Positions 1 through 14,141 of a stretch of DNA of 64,000 bases are shown here, piece by piece. The number at the start of each line of letters is the position of its first letter. Positions within the stretch are counted from its first letter, which is position 1. The stretch comes from Eledone cirrhosa. Lineage: Eukaryota. Made by a program: the position numbers and the translations under genes. The stretch covers positions 430,280,001 to 430,344,000 of the forward strand of contig OZ024740.1 of the NCBI GenBank assembly GCA_964016885.1, read 5' to 3'. The notes under the pieces were generated by a model, which was not told where the DNA came from, searched no databases, and worked only from the letters and a program-made list of their open reading frames with translations.

Positions 1-3000
1 ACACTAACCCTAACCTTCTAAATATTGTTTAGAGGGTAACACTAACCCTAACCCTCTAAATATTGTTTAGAGGGTAACACTAACCCTAACACTCTAAATA
101 TTGTTTAGAGGTTAACACTAACCCTAAACTTCTAAATATGGTTTAGAGGGTAACACTAACCCTAACCCTCTAAATATGGTTTAGAGGGTAATACTAACCC
201 TAACCTTCTAAATATTGTTTAGAGGGTAACACTAAACCTAACCCTCTAAATGTTGTTTAGAGGGTAACACTAACCCTAACCTTCTAAATATTGTTAAGAG
301 GGTAACACTAACCCTAACCTTCTAAATATTGTTTAGAGAGTAACACTAACCCTAACCCTCTAAATATTGTTTAGAGGGTAACACTAAACCTAACCCTCTA
401 AATGTTGTTTAGAGGGTAACACTAACCCTAACCCTCTAAAGCTTGTATAGAGGTTAACACTAACCCTAAACTTCTAAATATTGTTTAGAGGGTAACACTA
501 ACCCTAACATTCTAAATATTGTTTAGAGGGTAACACTAACCCTAACCCTCTAAATATGGTTTAGAGGGTAACACTAACCCTACCCTTCTAAATATTGTTT
601 AGAGGGTAACACTAAGCCTAACCTTCTAAATATTGTTTAGAGGGTAACGCTAACCCTAACCTTCTAAATGTTGTTTAGAGGGTAACACTAACCCTAACCT
701 TCTAAATATTGTTTAGAGGGTAGCACTAACCCTAACCCTCTAAATATTGTTTAGAGGATAACACTAACCCTAACCTTCTAAATGTTGTTCAGAGGGTAAC
801 ACTAACCCTAACCCTCTAAATGTTGTTTAGAGGATAACACTAACCCCAACATTCTAAATGTTGTTTAGAGGGTAACACTAACCCTAACCTTCAAAATATT
901 GTTTAGAGGGTAACACTAAGCCTAAATCTCTAAATGTTGTTTAGAGGGTAACACTAACCCTAACCCTCTAAATGTTGTTTAGAGTGTAACACTAACCCTA
1001 TCCCTCTAAATATTGTTTAGAGGGTAACACTAACCCTAACTTTCTAAATGTTGTTCAGAGGATAATACTAACCCTAACACTCTAAATATTGTTTTTTAGG
1101 GTAACACTAACCCTACCCTTCTAGATATTGTTTAGAGGATAACACTAACCCAAACCTTCTAAATATTGTTTAGAGGGTAACATTAAGCCTAACCCTCTAA
1201 ATATTGTTTAGAGGGTAACACTAACCCTAACCTTCTAAATATTGTTTAGAGGGTAACACTAACCCTAAACCTCTAAATATTGTTTAGAGGGTAACACTAA
1301 CCCTATCCCTCTAAATATTGTTTAGAGGGTAACACTAACCCTAACCCTGTAAATATGGTTTAGAGGTAACACTAACCCTAACCTTCTAAATATGGTTTAG
1401 AGGGTAACACTAACCCTAACCTTCTAAATATTGTTTAGAGGATAACACTAACCCTAACCTTGTAAATATTGTTTAGAGTGTAACACTAACCCTAACCCTC
1501 TAAATATTGTTTAGAGGGCAACACTAACCCTAACCTTCTAAATATTGTTTAGAGAGTAACACTAACCCTAACCATATAAATATTGTTTAGAGGGTAACAC
1601 TAACCCTAACCCTCTAACTATTGTTTAGAGGGTAACACTAACCCTAAACTTCTAAATATTGTTTAGAGGGTAAAACTAACCCTAACCTTCTAAATGTTGT
1701 TTAGAGGGTAACACTAACCCTAACCTTCTAAATGTTGTTTAGAGGATAACACTAACCCTAAACCTCTAAATATTGTTTAGAGAGTAACGCTAACCCTGAC
1801 ACTCTAATTATTGTTTAGAGGGTAACACTAAACCTAACCCTCTAAATATTGTTCAGAGGATAACACTAACCCTAACACTCTAAATATTGTTTAGAGGGTA
1901 TCACTAACCCTAACCTTCTAAATATTGTTTAGAGAGTAACACTAACGCTAACACTCTAAATATTGTTTAGAGGGTAACACTAACCCTAACCTTCTAAATA
2001 TTGTTTAGAGGATAACACTAACCCTAACACTCTAAATATTGTTTAGAGGATGCCACTAACCCTAACACTCTAAATATTGTTTAGAGGGTAACACTAATCC
2101 TAACATTCTAAATGTTGTTTAGTGGGTAACACTAACCCTAACCCTCTAAATATTGTTTAGAGAGTAACACTAACCCTAACCTTCTAAGTATTGTTTAGAG
2201 AGTAACACTAACCCTAACCCTCTAAATGTTGTTTAGAGGGTAACACTAATCCTAACCCTCTAAATATTGTTTAGAGGGTAACACTAATCCTAACACTCTA
2301 AATATTGTTTAGAGGGTAACACTAACCCTAACCCTCTAAATATTGTTTAGAGGATAATACTAACACTAACCCTCTAAATATTGTTCAGAGGGTAACACTA
2401 ACCCTGAATATTTTATGTTGTTTAGAGGGTTACACTAATCCAAACCCTCTAAATATTGTTTAGAGGGTAACACTAACCCTAACCTTCTAAATGTTGTTTA
2501 GAGGATAACAGTAACCCTAACACTCTAAATATTGTTTTTTAGGGTAACACTAACCCTAACCTTCTAAATATTGTTTAGAGGGTAACACTAATCCTTACCT
2601 TCTAAATATTGTTTAGAGGATAACACTAACCCTAACATTCTAAATATTGTTCAGAGGGTAACACTAACCCTAACATTCTAAATATTGTTTAGAGGGTAAC
2701 ACTAACCCTAACACTCTAAATATTGTTTAGAGGATAACACTAACCCTAACATTCTAAATATTGTTTAGAGGATAACACTAACACTAACCCTCTAAATATT
2801 GTTTAGAGGATAACACTAACCCTAACATTCTAAATATTGTTTAGAGGATAACACTAACACTAACCCTCTAAATATTGTTTAGAGGATAACACTAACCCTA
2901 ACATTCTAAATATTGTTTAGAGGATAACACTAACACTAACCCTCTAAATATTGTTTAGAGGATAACACTAACCCTAACATTCTAAATATTGTTTAGAGGA

Positions 3001-6000
3001 TAACACTAACACTAACCCTCTAAATATTGTTTAGAGGATAACACTAACCCTAACCTTCTAAATATTGTTTAGAGGATAACACTAACCCTAACCCTCTAAA
3101 TATTGTTTAGAGGGTAACACTAACACTAACCCTCTAAATATGGTTTAGAGGGTAACACTAACCCTAACCCTCTAAATATTGTTTAGAGGGTAACACTAAC
3201 ACTAACCCTCTAAATATGGTTTAGAGGGTAACACTAACCCTAAACTTCTAAATATTGTTTAGAGGGTAACACTAACCCTAACCTTCTAAATATAGTTTAA
3301 AGGGTAACACTAACCCTAATCCTCTAAATGTTGTTTAGAGGATAACACTAACCCTAACCTTCTAAATGTTGTTCAGAGGGTAACACTAACCCTAAACCTC
3401 TAAATGTTGTTTAGAGGGTAACACTAACCCTAACCTTCTAAATATTGTTTAGACGGTAACACTAAGCCTAAACCTCTAAATGTTGTTTAGAGGGTAACAC
3501 TAACCCTAACCCTCTAAATATTGTTTAGAGGGTAACACTAACCCTAACTTTCTAAATGTTGTTTAGAGGATAACACTAACCCTAACACTCTAAATATTGT
3601 TTTTTAGGGTAACACTAACCCTACCCTTCTAAATATTGTTTAGTGGGTAACACTAACCCTAACCCTCTAAATATTGTTTAGAGGGTAAAACTAACCCTAA
3701 CCTTCTAAATATTGTTTAGAGGGTAACACTAACCCTAACCCTCTAAATATTGTTTAGAGGGTAACACTAACCCTAACCCTCTAAATATTGTTTAGAGGGT
3801 AACACTAACCCTGACCCTCTAAATATGGTTTAGAGGGTAACACTAACCCTAACCTTCTAAATATTGTTTAGAGGGTAACACTAAACCTAACCCTCTAAAT
3901 GTTGTTTAGAGGGCAACACTAAACCTAACCTTCTAAATATTGTTTAGAGTGTAACACTAACCCTAACCCTCTAAATATTGTTTTTTAGGGTAACACTAAC
4001 CCTAACCCTCTAAATATTGTTTAGAGGATAATACTAACACTAACCCTCTAAATATGGTTTAGAGGTAACACTAACCCTGAAAATTTTATGTTGTTTAGAG
4101 GGTAACACTAATCCTAACCCTCTAAATATTGTTTAGAGGGTAACACTAACCCTAACCTTCTAAATGTTGTTTAGAGGATAACAGTAACCCTAACACTCTA
4201 AATATTGTTTTTTAGGGTAACACTAACCCTAACCTTCTAAATATTGTTTAGAGGGTAACATTAAGCCTAACCCTCTAAATATTGTTTAGAGGGTAACACT
4301 AACCCTAACCTTCTAAATATTGTTTAGAGGGTAAGACTAACCCTAACCCTCTAAATATTGTTTAGAGGGCAACACTAACCCTAACCTTCTAAATATTGTT
4401 TAGAGAGTAACACTAACCCTAACCATATAAATATTCTTTAGAGGGTAACACTAACCCTAAACCTCTAAATATTGTTTAGAGGGTAACACTAACCCTAACC
4501 CTCTAAATATTGTTTAGAGGGTAACACTAACCCTAACCCTCTAAATATGGTTTAGAGGTAACACTAACCCTAACCTTCTAAATATGGTTTAGAGGGTAAC
4601 ACTAACCCTAACCTTCTAAATATTGTTTAGAGGATAATACTAACCCTAACCTTGTAAATATTGTTTAGAGTGTAACACTAACCCTAACCCTCTAAATATT
4701 GTTTAGAGGGCAACACTAACCCTAACCTTCTAAATATTGTTTAGAGAGTAACACTAACCCTAACCATATAAATATTGTTTAGAGGGTAACACTAACCCTA
4801 ACCCTCTAACTATTGTTTAGAGGGTAACACTAACCCTAACCTTCTAAATATTGTTTAGAGGGTAAAACTAACGCTAACACACTAAATATTGTTTAGAGGG
4901 TAACACTAACCCTAACCTTCTAAATATTGTTTAGAGGATAACACTAACCCCAACACTCTAAATATTGTTTAGAGGATGCCACTAACCCTAACACTCTAAA
5001 TATTGTTTAGAGGGTAACACTAACCCTAACCTTCTAAATATTGTTTAGAGGATGCCACTAATCCTAACATTCTAAATGTTGTTTAGTGGGTAACACTAAC
5101 CCTAACCCTCTAAATATTGTTTAGAGAGTAACACTAACCCTAACCTTCTAAGTATTGTTTAGAGAGTAACACTAACCCTAACCCTCTAAATGTTGTTTAG
5201 AGGGTAACACTAATCCTAACCCTCTAAATAATGTTTAGAGGGTAACACTAATCCTAACACTCTAAATATTGTTTAGAGGGTAACACTAACCCTAACCCTC
5301 TATATATTGTTTAGAGGATAATACTAACACTAACCCTCTAAATATTGTTCAGAGTGTAACACTAACCCTGAAAATTTTATGTTGTTTAGAGGGTAACACT
5401 AATCCAAACCCTCTAAATATTGTTTAGAGGGTAACACTAACCCTAACCTTCTAAATGTTGTTTAGAGGATAACAGTAACCCTAACACTCTAAATATTGTT
5501 TTTTAGGGTAACACTAACCCTAACCTTCAAAATATTGTTTAGAGGGTAACACTAACACTAACCCTCTAAATATTGTTTAGAGGGTAACACTAACACTAAC
5601 CCTCTAAATATGGTTTAGAGGGTAACACTAACCCTAACCCTCTAAATATTGTTTAGAGGGTAACACTAACACTAACCCTCTAAATATTGTTTAGAGGGTA
5701 ACACTAACACTAACCCTCTAAATATGGTTTAGAGGGTAACACTAACCCTAAACTTCTAAATATTGTTTAGAGGGTAACACTAACCCTAACCTTCTAAATA
5801 TAGTTTAAAGGGTAACACTAACCCTAACCCTCTAAATGTTGTTTAGAGGATAACACTAACCCTAACCTTCTGAATGTTGTTCAGAGGGTAACACTAACCC
5901 TAACCCTCTTAAATGTTGTTTAAAGGGTAACACTAACCCTAACCTTCTAAATATTGTTTAGACGGTAACACTAAGCCTAAACCTCTAAATATTGTTTAGA

Positions 6001-9000
6001 GGGTAACACTAACCCTAACCTTCTAAATATTGTTTAGACGGTAACACTAAGCCTAAACCTCTAAATGTTGTTTAGAGGGTAACACTAACCCTAACCCTTT
6101 AAATGTTGTTTAGAGGGTAACACTAACCCTAACCCTCTAAATATTGTTTAGAGGGTAACACTAACCCTGACCCTCTAAATATGGTTTAGAGGGTAACACT
6201 AACCCTAACCTTCTAAATATTGTTTAGAGGGTAACACTAAACCTAACCCTCTAAATATTGTTTAGAGGGTAACACTAACCCTAACCCTCTAAATATTGTT
6301 TAGAGGGTAACACTAACCCTGACCCTCTAAATATGGTTTAGAGGGTAACACTAACCCTAACCTTCTAAATATTGTTTAGAGGGTAACACTAAACCTAACC
6401 CTCTAAATATTGTTTAGAGGGTAACACTAACCCTAACCCTCTAAATATTGTTTAGAGGGTAACACTAACCCTGACCCTCTAAATATGGTTTAGAGGGTAA
6501 CACTAACCCTAACCTTCTAAATATTGTTTAGAGTGTAACACTAACCCTAACTTTCTAAATGTTGTTTAGAGGATAACACTAACCCTAACACTCTAAATAT
6601 TGTTTTTTAGGGTAACACTAACCCTAACCTTCTAAATATTGTTTAGAGGATAACACTAAACCTAATCTTCTAAATATTGTTTAGAGGGTAACACTAACCC
6701 TAACCCTCTAAATATTGTTTAGAGGGTAACACTAACCCTAACCTTCTAAATATTGTTTAGAGGGTAACACTAAACCTAACCCTCTAAATATTGTTTAGAG
6801 GGTAACACTAACCCTAACCCTCTAAATATTGTTTAGAGGGTAACACTAACCCTGACCCTCTAAATATGGTTTAGAGGGTAACACTAACCCTAACCTTCTA
6901 AATATTGTTTAGAGGGTAACACTAAACCTAACCCTCTAAATATTGTTTAGAGGGTAACACTAACCCTAACCCTCTAAATATTGTTTAGAGGGTAACACTA
7001 ACCCTGACCCTCTAAATATGCTTTAGAGGGTAACACTAACCCTAACCTTCTAAATATTGTTTAGAGGGTAACACTAAACCTAACCCTCTAAATATTGTTT
7101 AGAGGGTAACACTAACCCTAACCCTCTAAATATTGTTTAGAGGGTAACACTAACCCTGACCCTCTAAATATGGTTTAGAGGGTAACACTAACCCTAACCC
7201 TCTAAATATTGTTTAGAGGGTAACACTAACCCTAACCCTCTAAATATTGTTTAGAGGATAATACTAACACTAACCCTCTAAATATTGTTCAGAGGGTAAC
7301 ACTAACCCTGAAAATGTTATGTTGTTTAGAGGGTAACACTAATCCTAACCCTCTAAATATTGTTTAGAGGGTAACACTAACCCTAACCTTCTAAATGTTG
7401 TTTAGAGGATAACAGTAACCCTAACACTCTAAATATTGTTTTTTAGGGTAACACTAACCCTAACCTTCTAAATATTGTTTAGAGGGTAACACTAACCCTA
7501 ACCTTCTAAATGTTGTTTAGAGGATAACAGTAACCCTAACACTCTAAATATTGTTTTTTAGGGTAACACTAACCCTAACCCTCTAAATATTGTTTAGAGG
7601 GTAACACTAACCCTAACCTTCTAAATGTTGTTTAGAGGATAACAGTAACCCTAACCTTCTAAATATTGTTTAGAGGGTAACACTAACCCTAACCTTCTAA
7701 ATATTGTTCAGAGGGTAAGACTAACCCTAACCTTCTAAATATTGTTCAGAGGATAACACTAACCCTAACCTTCTAAATATTGTTCAGAGGGTAAGACTAA
7801 CCCTAACATTCTAAATATTGTTTAGAGGGTGACACTAACCCTAACCTTCTAAATATTGTTCAGAGGGTAAGACTAACCCTAACCTTCTAAATATTGTTCA
7901 GAGGGTAAGACTAACCCTAACCTTCTAAATATTGTTCAGAGGATAACACTAACCCTAACCTTCTAAATATTGTTCAGAGGGGAAGACTAACCCTAACCCT
8001 CTAAATATTGTTTAGAGGGTAACACTAACCCTAACACTCTAAATATTGTTTAGAGCGTAACACTAACACTAACCCTCTAAATATGGTTTAGAGGGTAACA
8101 CTAACACTAACCCTCTAAATATGGTTTAGAGGGTAACACTAACCCTAAACTTCTAAATATTGTTTAGAGGGTAACACTAACCCTAACCTTCTAAATATAG
8201 TTTAAAGGGTAACACTAACCCTAACCCTCTAAATGTTGTTTAGAGGATAACACTAACCCTAACCCTCTAAATGTTGTTTAGAGGGTAACACTAACCCTAA
8301 CCCTCTAAATGTTGTTTAGAGGGTAACACTAACCCTAACCCTCTAAATATTGTTTAGAGGGTAACACTAACCCTAACTTTCTAGATGTTGTTTAGAGGAT
8401 AACACTAACACTAACACTCTAAATATTGTTTTTTAGGGTAACAATAACCCTAACCTTCTAAATATCGTTTAGAGGATAACACTAACCCTAACCTTCTAAA
8501 TATTGTTTAGAGGGTAACACTAACACTAACCCTCTAAATATTATTTAGAGGGTAACACTAACCCTAACACTCTAAATATTGTTTAGAGTTTAACACTAAC
8601 CCTAACCCTCTAAATATTGTTTAGAGGGTAACACTAACCCTAACCCTCTAAATATTGTTTATAGGGTAACACTAACCCTAACCCTCTAAATATGGTTTAG
8701 AGGGTAACACTAACCCTAACCTTCTAAATATTGTTTAGAGGGTAACACTAAACCTAACCCTCTAAATGTTGTTTAGAGGGTAACACTAACCCTAACCTTC
8801 TAAATATTGTTAAGAGGGTAACACTAACCCTAACCTTTTAAATATTGTTTAGAGAGTAACACTAACCCTAACGCTCTAAATATTGTTTAGAGGGTAACAC
8901 TAAACCTAACCCTCTAAATGTTGTTTAGAGAGTAACACTAACCCTAACCCTCTAAATGTTGTTTAGAGGATAACACTAACTCTAACCCTCTAAATGTTGT

Positions 9001-11241
9001 TTAGAGGGTAACACTAACCCTAACCTTCTAAATATTGTTTAGAGGGTAATACTAACCCTAACCTTCTAAATATTGTTTAGAGAGTAATACTAACCCTAAC
9101 CCTCTAAGTATTGTTTAGAGGGTAACACTAATCCTAACCCTCTAAATATTGTTTAGAGGCTAACACTAACCCTAACCCTCTAAATATTGTTCAGAGAGTA
9201 ACACTAACCCTAACCCTCAAAATATTGTTTAGAGGGTAACACTAACCCTAACCCTCTAAATCTTGTATAGAGGTTAACACTAACCCTAAACTTCTAAATA
9301 TTGTTTAGAGGGTAAAACTAACCCTAACATTCTAAATATTGTTTAGAGGGTAACACTAACCCTAACCCTCTAAATATGGTTTAGAGGGTAACACCCTCCC
9401 TAACCTTCTAAATATTGTTTAGAGGGTAACACTAAGCCTAACCTTCTAAACATTGTTTAGAGGGTAACACTAACCCTAACTTTCTAAATGTTGTTTAGAG
9501 GGTAACACTAACCCTAACCTTCTAAATATTGTTTAGAGGGTAACACTAACCCTAACCCTCTAAATGTTGTTTAGAGGATAACACTAACCCTAACCTTCTA
9601 AATGTTGTTCAGAGGGTAACACTAACCCTAACCCTCTAAATGTTGTTTAGAGGATAACACTAACCCTAACCTTCTAAATGTTGTTTAGAGGGTAACACTA
9701 ACCCTAACCTTCTAAATATTGTTTAGAGGGTAACACTAACCCTAACCCTCTAAATGTTGTTTAGAGGATAACACTAACCCTAACCTTCTAAGTATTGTTT
9801 AGAGGGTAACACTAATCCTAACCCTCTAAATATTGTTTAGAGGGTAACACTAACCCTAACGCTCTAAATATTGTTTAGAGAGTAACTCTAACCCTAACCC
9901 TCTAAATGTTGTTTAGAGTGTAACACTAACCCTATTCCTCTAAATATTGTTTGAGGGTAACACTAACCCTAACCTTCTAAATGTTGTTCAGAGGGTAACA
10001 CTAACCCTAACCCTCTAAATATGGTTTAGAGGGTAACACTAACCCTAACCTTCTAAATATTGTTTAGAGGGTAACACTAACCCTAACCTTCTACATATTG
10101 TTTAGAGGGTAACACTAACCCTAACCCTCTAAATGTTGTTTCGAGGATAACACTAACCCTAACCTTCTAAATGTTGTTCAGAGGGTAACACTAACCCTAA
10201 CCCTCTAAATGTTGTTTAGAGGATAACACTAACCCTAACCTTCTAAATGTTGTTTAGAGGGTAACACTAACCCTAACCCTCTAAATGTTGTTTAGAGTGT
10301 AACACTAACCCTATTCCTCTAAATATTGTTTGAGGGTAACACTAACCCTAACCTTCTAAATGTTGTTTAGAGGATAATACTAACCCTAACACTCTAAATA
10401 TTGTTTTTTAGGGTAACACTAACCCTAACCTTCTAAATATTGTTTAGAGGATAACACTAACCCTAACCTTCTAAATATTGTTTAGAGGGTAACATTAACC
10501 CTAACCCTCTAAATATTGTTTAGAGGCTAACACTAAGCCCAACCTTCTAAATGTTGTTTAGAGGATAACACTAACCCTAACACTCTAAATATTGTTTTTT
10601 AGGGTAACACTAACCCTAACCTTCTAAATATTGTTTAGAGGATAACACTAACCCTAACCTTCTAAATATTGTTTAGAGGGTAACACTAACCCTAACCCTC
10701 TAAATATTGTATAGAGGGTAACACTAACCCTAACCTTCTAAATATTGTTTAGAGGGTAACACTAACCCTAACCTTCTAAATATTGTTTAGAGGGTAAAAC
10801 TAACCCTAACCTTCCAAATATTGTTTAGAGAGTAACACTAACCCTAACCCTCTAAATATTGTTTAGAGGGTAACACTAAACCTAACCCTCTAAATGTTGT
10901 TTAGAGAGTAACACTAACCCTAACCCTCTAAATGTTGTTTAGAGGATAACACTAACCCTAACCCTCTAAATGTTGTTTAGAGGGTAACACAAACCCTAAC
11001 CTTCTAAATATTGTTTACAGGGTAACACTAACCCTAACCTTCTAAATATTGTTTAGAGAGTAACACTAACCCTAACCCTCTAAGTATTGTTTAGAGGGTA
11101 ACACTAATCCTAACCCTCTAAATATTGTTTAGAGGCTAACACTAACCCTAACCCTCTAAATATTATTTAGAGAGTAACTCTAACTCTAACCCTCTAAATC
11201 TTGTATAGAGGTTAACACTAAACCTAAACTTCTAAATATTG

Positions 11242-11620
11242 ATTTCTTTATTAGCCACAAGGGCGCAACAAGAAAGGGGACAATACAAAGACATGCCGGG
11301 GATTTTACATACAGTCGTGCAAAAAATATAAAAACAAACAATTTTAACAATCGAAATCCCCAATAGGGGGGAGGCGCCACAAATGGGTTGTTTAATACCC
11401 CGTCGATAGAACAACCCTCGACTCAAGGAGCGTGTTGTGCAAGTGCTCCTTTCTTCCTTTTGCTCTCTTCCTCAACCTACAGGCTTATAAACAGAGAAGG
11501 CCCAATCACTCGGGCCATTTTCGCTTCATTCACCCACCTTTCAGTAAATTTACTGGGGTGCAGTGCCTCTCTCTCCACCCTGATTCTCCTTCTAAAGTGA
11601 TACTTAAAGAATGGAATCAA
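11242..11620 (-). mobile_element. 5'-truncated non-LTR retrotransposon (Tx1/L1-like ORF2 C-terminus + 3' UTR), copy 1
   Basis: 379-bp non-satellite insert flanked by the 12-bp direct repeat TTCTAAATATTG (11230-11241, 11621-11632). The minus strand encodes a 47-aa open C-terminus LIPFFKYHFRRRIRVEREALHPSKFTERWVNEAKMARVIGPSLFISL* (F..RW motif typical of Tx1/L1 ORF2 ends), then ~235 nt of UTR ending AATAAAGAAAT. Clade assignment is from motif recognition. Confidence 0.75.
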
Positions 11621-13762
11621 TTCTAAATATTGTTTAGAGGGTAACACTAACCCTAACATTCTAAATATTGTTTAGAGGGTAACACTAACCCTAACCCTCT
11701 AAATATGGTTTAGAGGGTAACACTAACCCTAACCTTCTAAATATTGTTTAGAGGGTAACACTAACCCTAACCTTCTACATATTGTTTAGAGGGTAACACT
11801 AACCCTAACCCTCTAAATGTTGTTTAGAGGATAACACTAACCCTAACCTTCTAAATGTTGTTCAGAGGGTAACACTAACCCTAACCCTCTAAATGTTGTT
11901 TAGAGGATAACACTAACCCTAACCTTCTAAATGTTGTTTAGAGGGTAACACTAACCCTAACCCTCTAAATATTGTTTAGAAGGTAACACTAACCCTAACC
12001 TTCTAAATATTGTTTAGAGGGTAACACTAACCCTAACCTTCTAAATATTGTTTAGAGGGTAAAACTAACCCTAACCTTCTAAATATTGTTTAGAGAGTAA
12101 CACTAACCCTAACCCTCTAAATATTGTTTAGAGGGTAACACTAAACCTAACCCTCTAAATGTTGTTTAGAGAGTAACACTAACCCTAACCCTTTAAATGT
12201 TGTTTAGAGGGTAACACTAACCCTAACCCTCTAAATGTTGTTTAGAGGGTAACACTAACCCTAACCTTCTAAATATTGTTTAGAGGGTAACACTAACCCT
12301 AACCTTCTGAATATTGTTTAGAGAGTAACACTAACCCTAACCCTCTAAGTATTGTTTAGAGGGTAACACTAATCCTAACCCTCTAAATATTGTTTAGAGG
12401 GTAACACTAACCCTAACCCTCTAAATATTGTTTAGAGAGTAACACTAACCCTAACCCTCTAAATATTGTTTAGAGGGTAACACTAACCCTAACCTTCTAA
12501 ATATTGTTTAGAGGATAACACTAACCCTAACCTTCTAAATATTCGTTAGAGGGTAACACTAACCCTAACACTCTCAATATTGTTTAGAGGGTAACACTAA
12601 CCCTAACCCTCTAAATATTGTTTAGAGTGTAACACTAACCCTAAACTTCTAAATGTTGTTTAGAGGATAACACTAACCCTAACACTCTAAATATTGTTTT
12701 TTAGGGTAACAATAACCCTAACACTCTAAATATTGTTTAGAGGGTAACACTAACCCTAACCCTCTAAATATTGTTTAGAGGGTAACGCTAACCCTAACCC
12801 TCTAAATATTGTTTAGATGGTAAGACTAACCCTAACCCTCTAAATATGGTTTAGAGGGTAACACTAACCCTAAACTTCTAAATATTGTTTAGAGGGTAAC
12901 ACTAACCCTAACCTTCTAAATGTTGTTTAGAGGATAACACTAACCCTAACCCTCTAAATATTGTTTAGAGGGTAACACTAACCCTAACCCTCTAAATATT
13001 GTTTAGAGATTAACACTAACCCTAACCCTCTAAATAAGGTTTAGAGGGTAACACTAACCCTAAACTTCTAAATATTGTTTAGAGGGTAACACTAACCCTA
13101 ACCTTCTAAATATTGTTTAGAGGGTAACACTAACCCTAACCCTCTAAATGTTGTTTAGAGGATAACACTAACCCTAACCTTCTAAATGTTGTTCAGAGGG
13201 TAACACTAACCCTAAACCTCTAAATGTTGTTTAGAGGGTAACACTAACCCTAACCTTCTAAATATTGTTTAGAGGGTAACACTAAGCCTAAACCTCTAAA
13301 TGTTGTTTAGAGGGTAACACTAACCCTAACCCTCTAAATGTTGTTTAGAGGGTAACACTAACCCTAACCCTCTAAATATTGTTTAGAGGGTAACACTAAC
13401 CCTAACCTTCTAATTGTTGTTTAGAGGATAACACTAACGCTAACACTCTAAATATTGTTTTTTAGGGTAACACTAACCCTAACCTTCTAAATATTGTTTA
13501 GAGGATAACACAAACCCTAACCTTCTAAATATTGTTTACAGGGTAACACTAACCCTAACCTTCTAAATATTGTTTAGAGAGTAACACTAACCCTAACCCT
13601 CTAAGTATTGTTTAGAGGGTAACACTAATCCTAACCCTCTAAATATTGTTTAGAGGCTAACACTAACCCTAACCCTCTAAATATTATTTAGAGAGTAACT
13701 CTAACCCTAACCCTCTAAATCTTGTATAGAGGTTAACACTAAACCTAAACTTCTAAATATTG

Positions 13763-14141
13763 ATTTCTTTATTAGCCACAAGGGCGCAACAAGAAAGGGG
13801 ACAATACAAAGACATGCCGGGGATTTTACATACAGTCGTGCAAAAAATATAAAAACAAACAATTTTAACAATCGAAATCCCCAATAGGGGGGAGGCGCCA
13901 CAAATGGGTTGTTTAATACCCCGTCGATAGAACAACCCTCGACTCAAGGAGCGTGTTGTGCAAGTGCTCCTTTCTTCCTTTTGCTCTCTTCCTCAACCTA
14001 CAGGCTTATAAACAGAGAAGGCCCAATCACTCGGGCCATTTTCGCTTCATTCACCCACCTTTCAGTAAATTTACTGGGGTGCAGTGCCTCTCTCTCCACC
14101 CTGATTCTCCTTCTAAAGTGATACTTAAAGAATGGAATCAA
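13763..14141 (-). mobile_element. 5'-truncated Tx1/L1-like retrotransposon, copy 2
   Basis: Apparently identical to copy 1, same TSD and same flanking satellite variants; offset 2521 bp. Confidence 0.75.
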
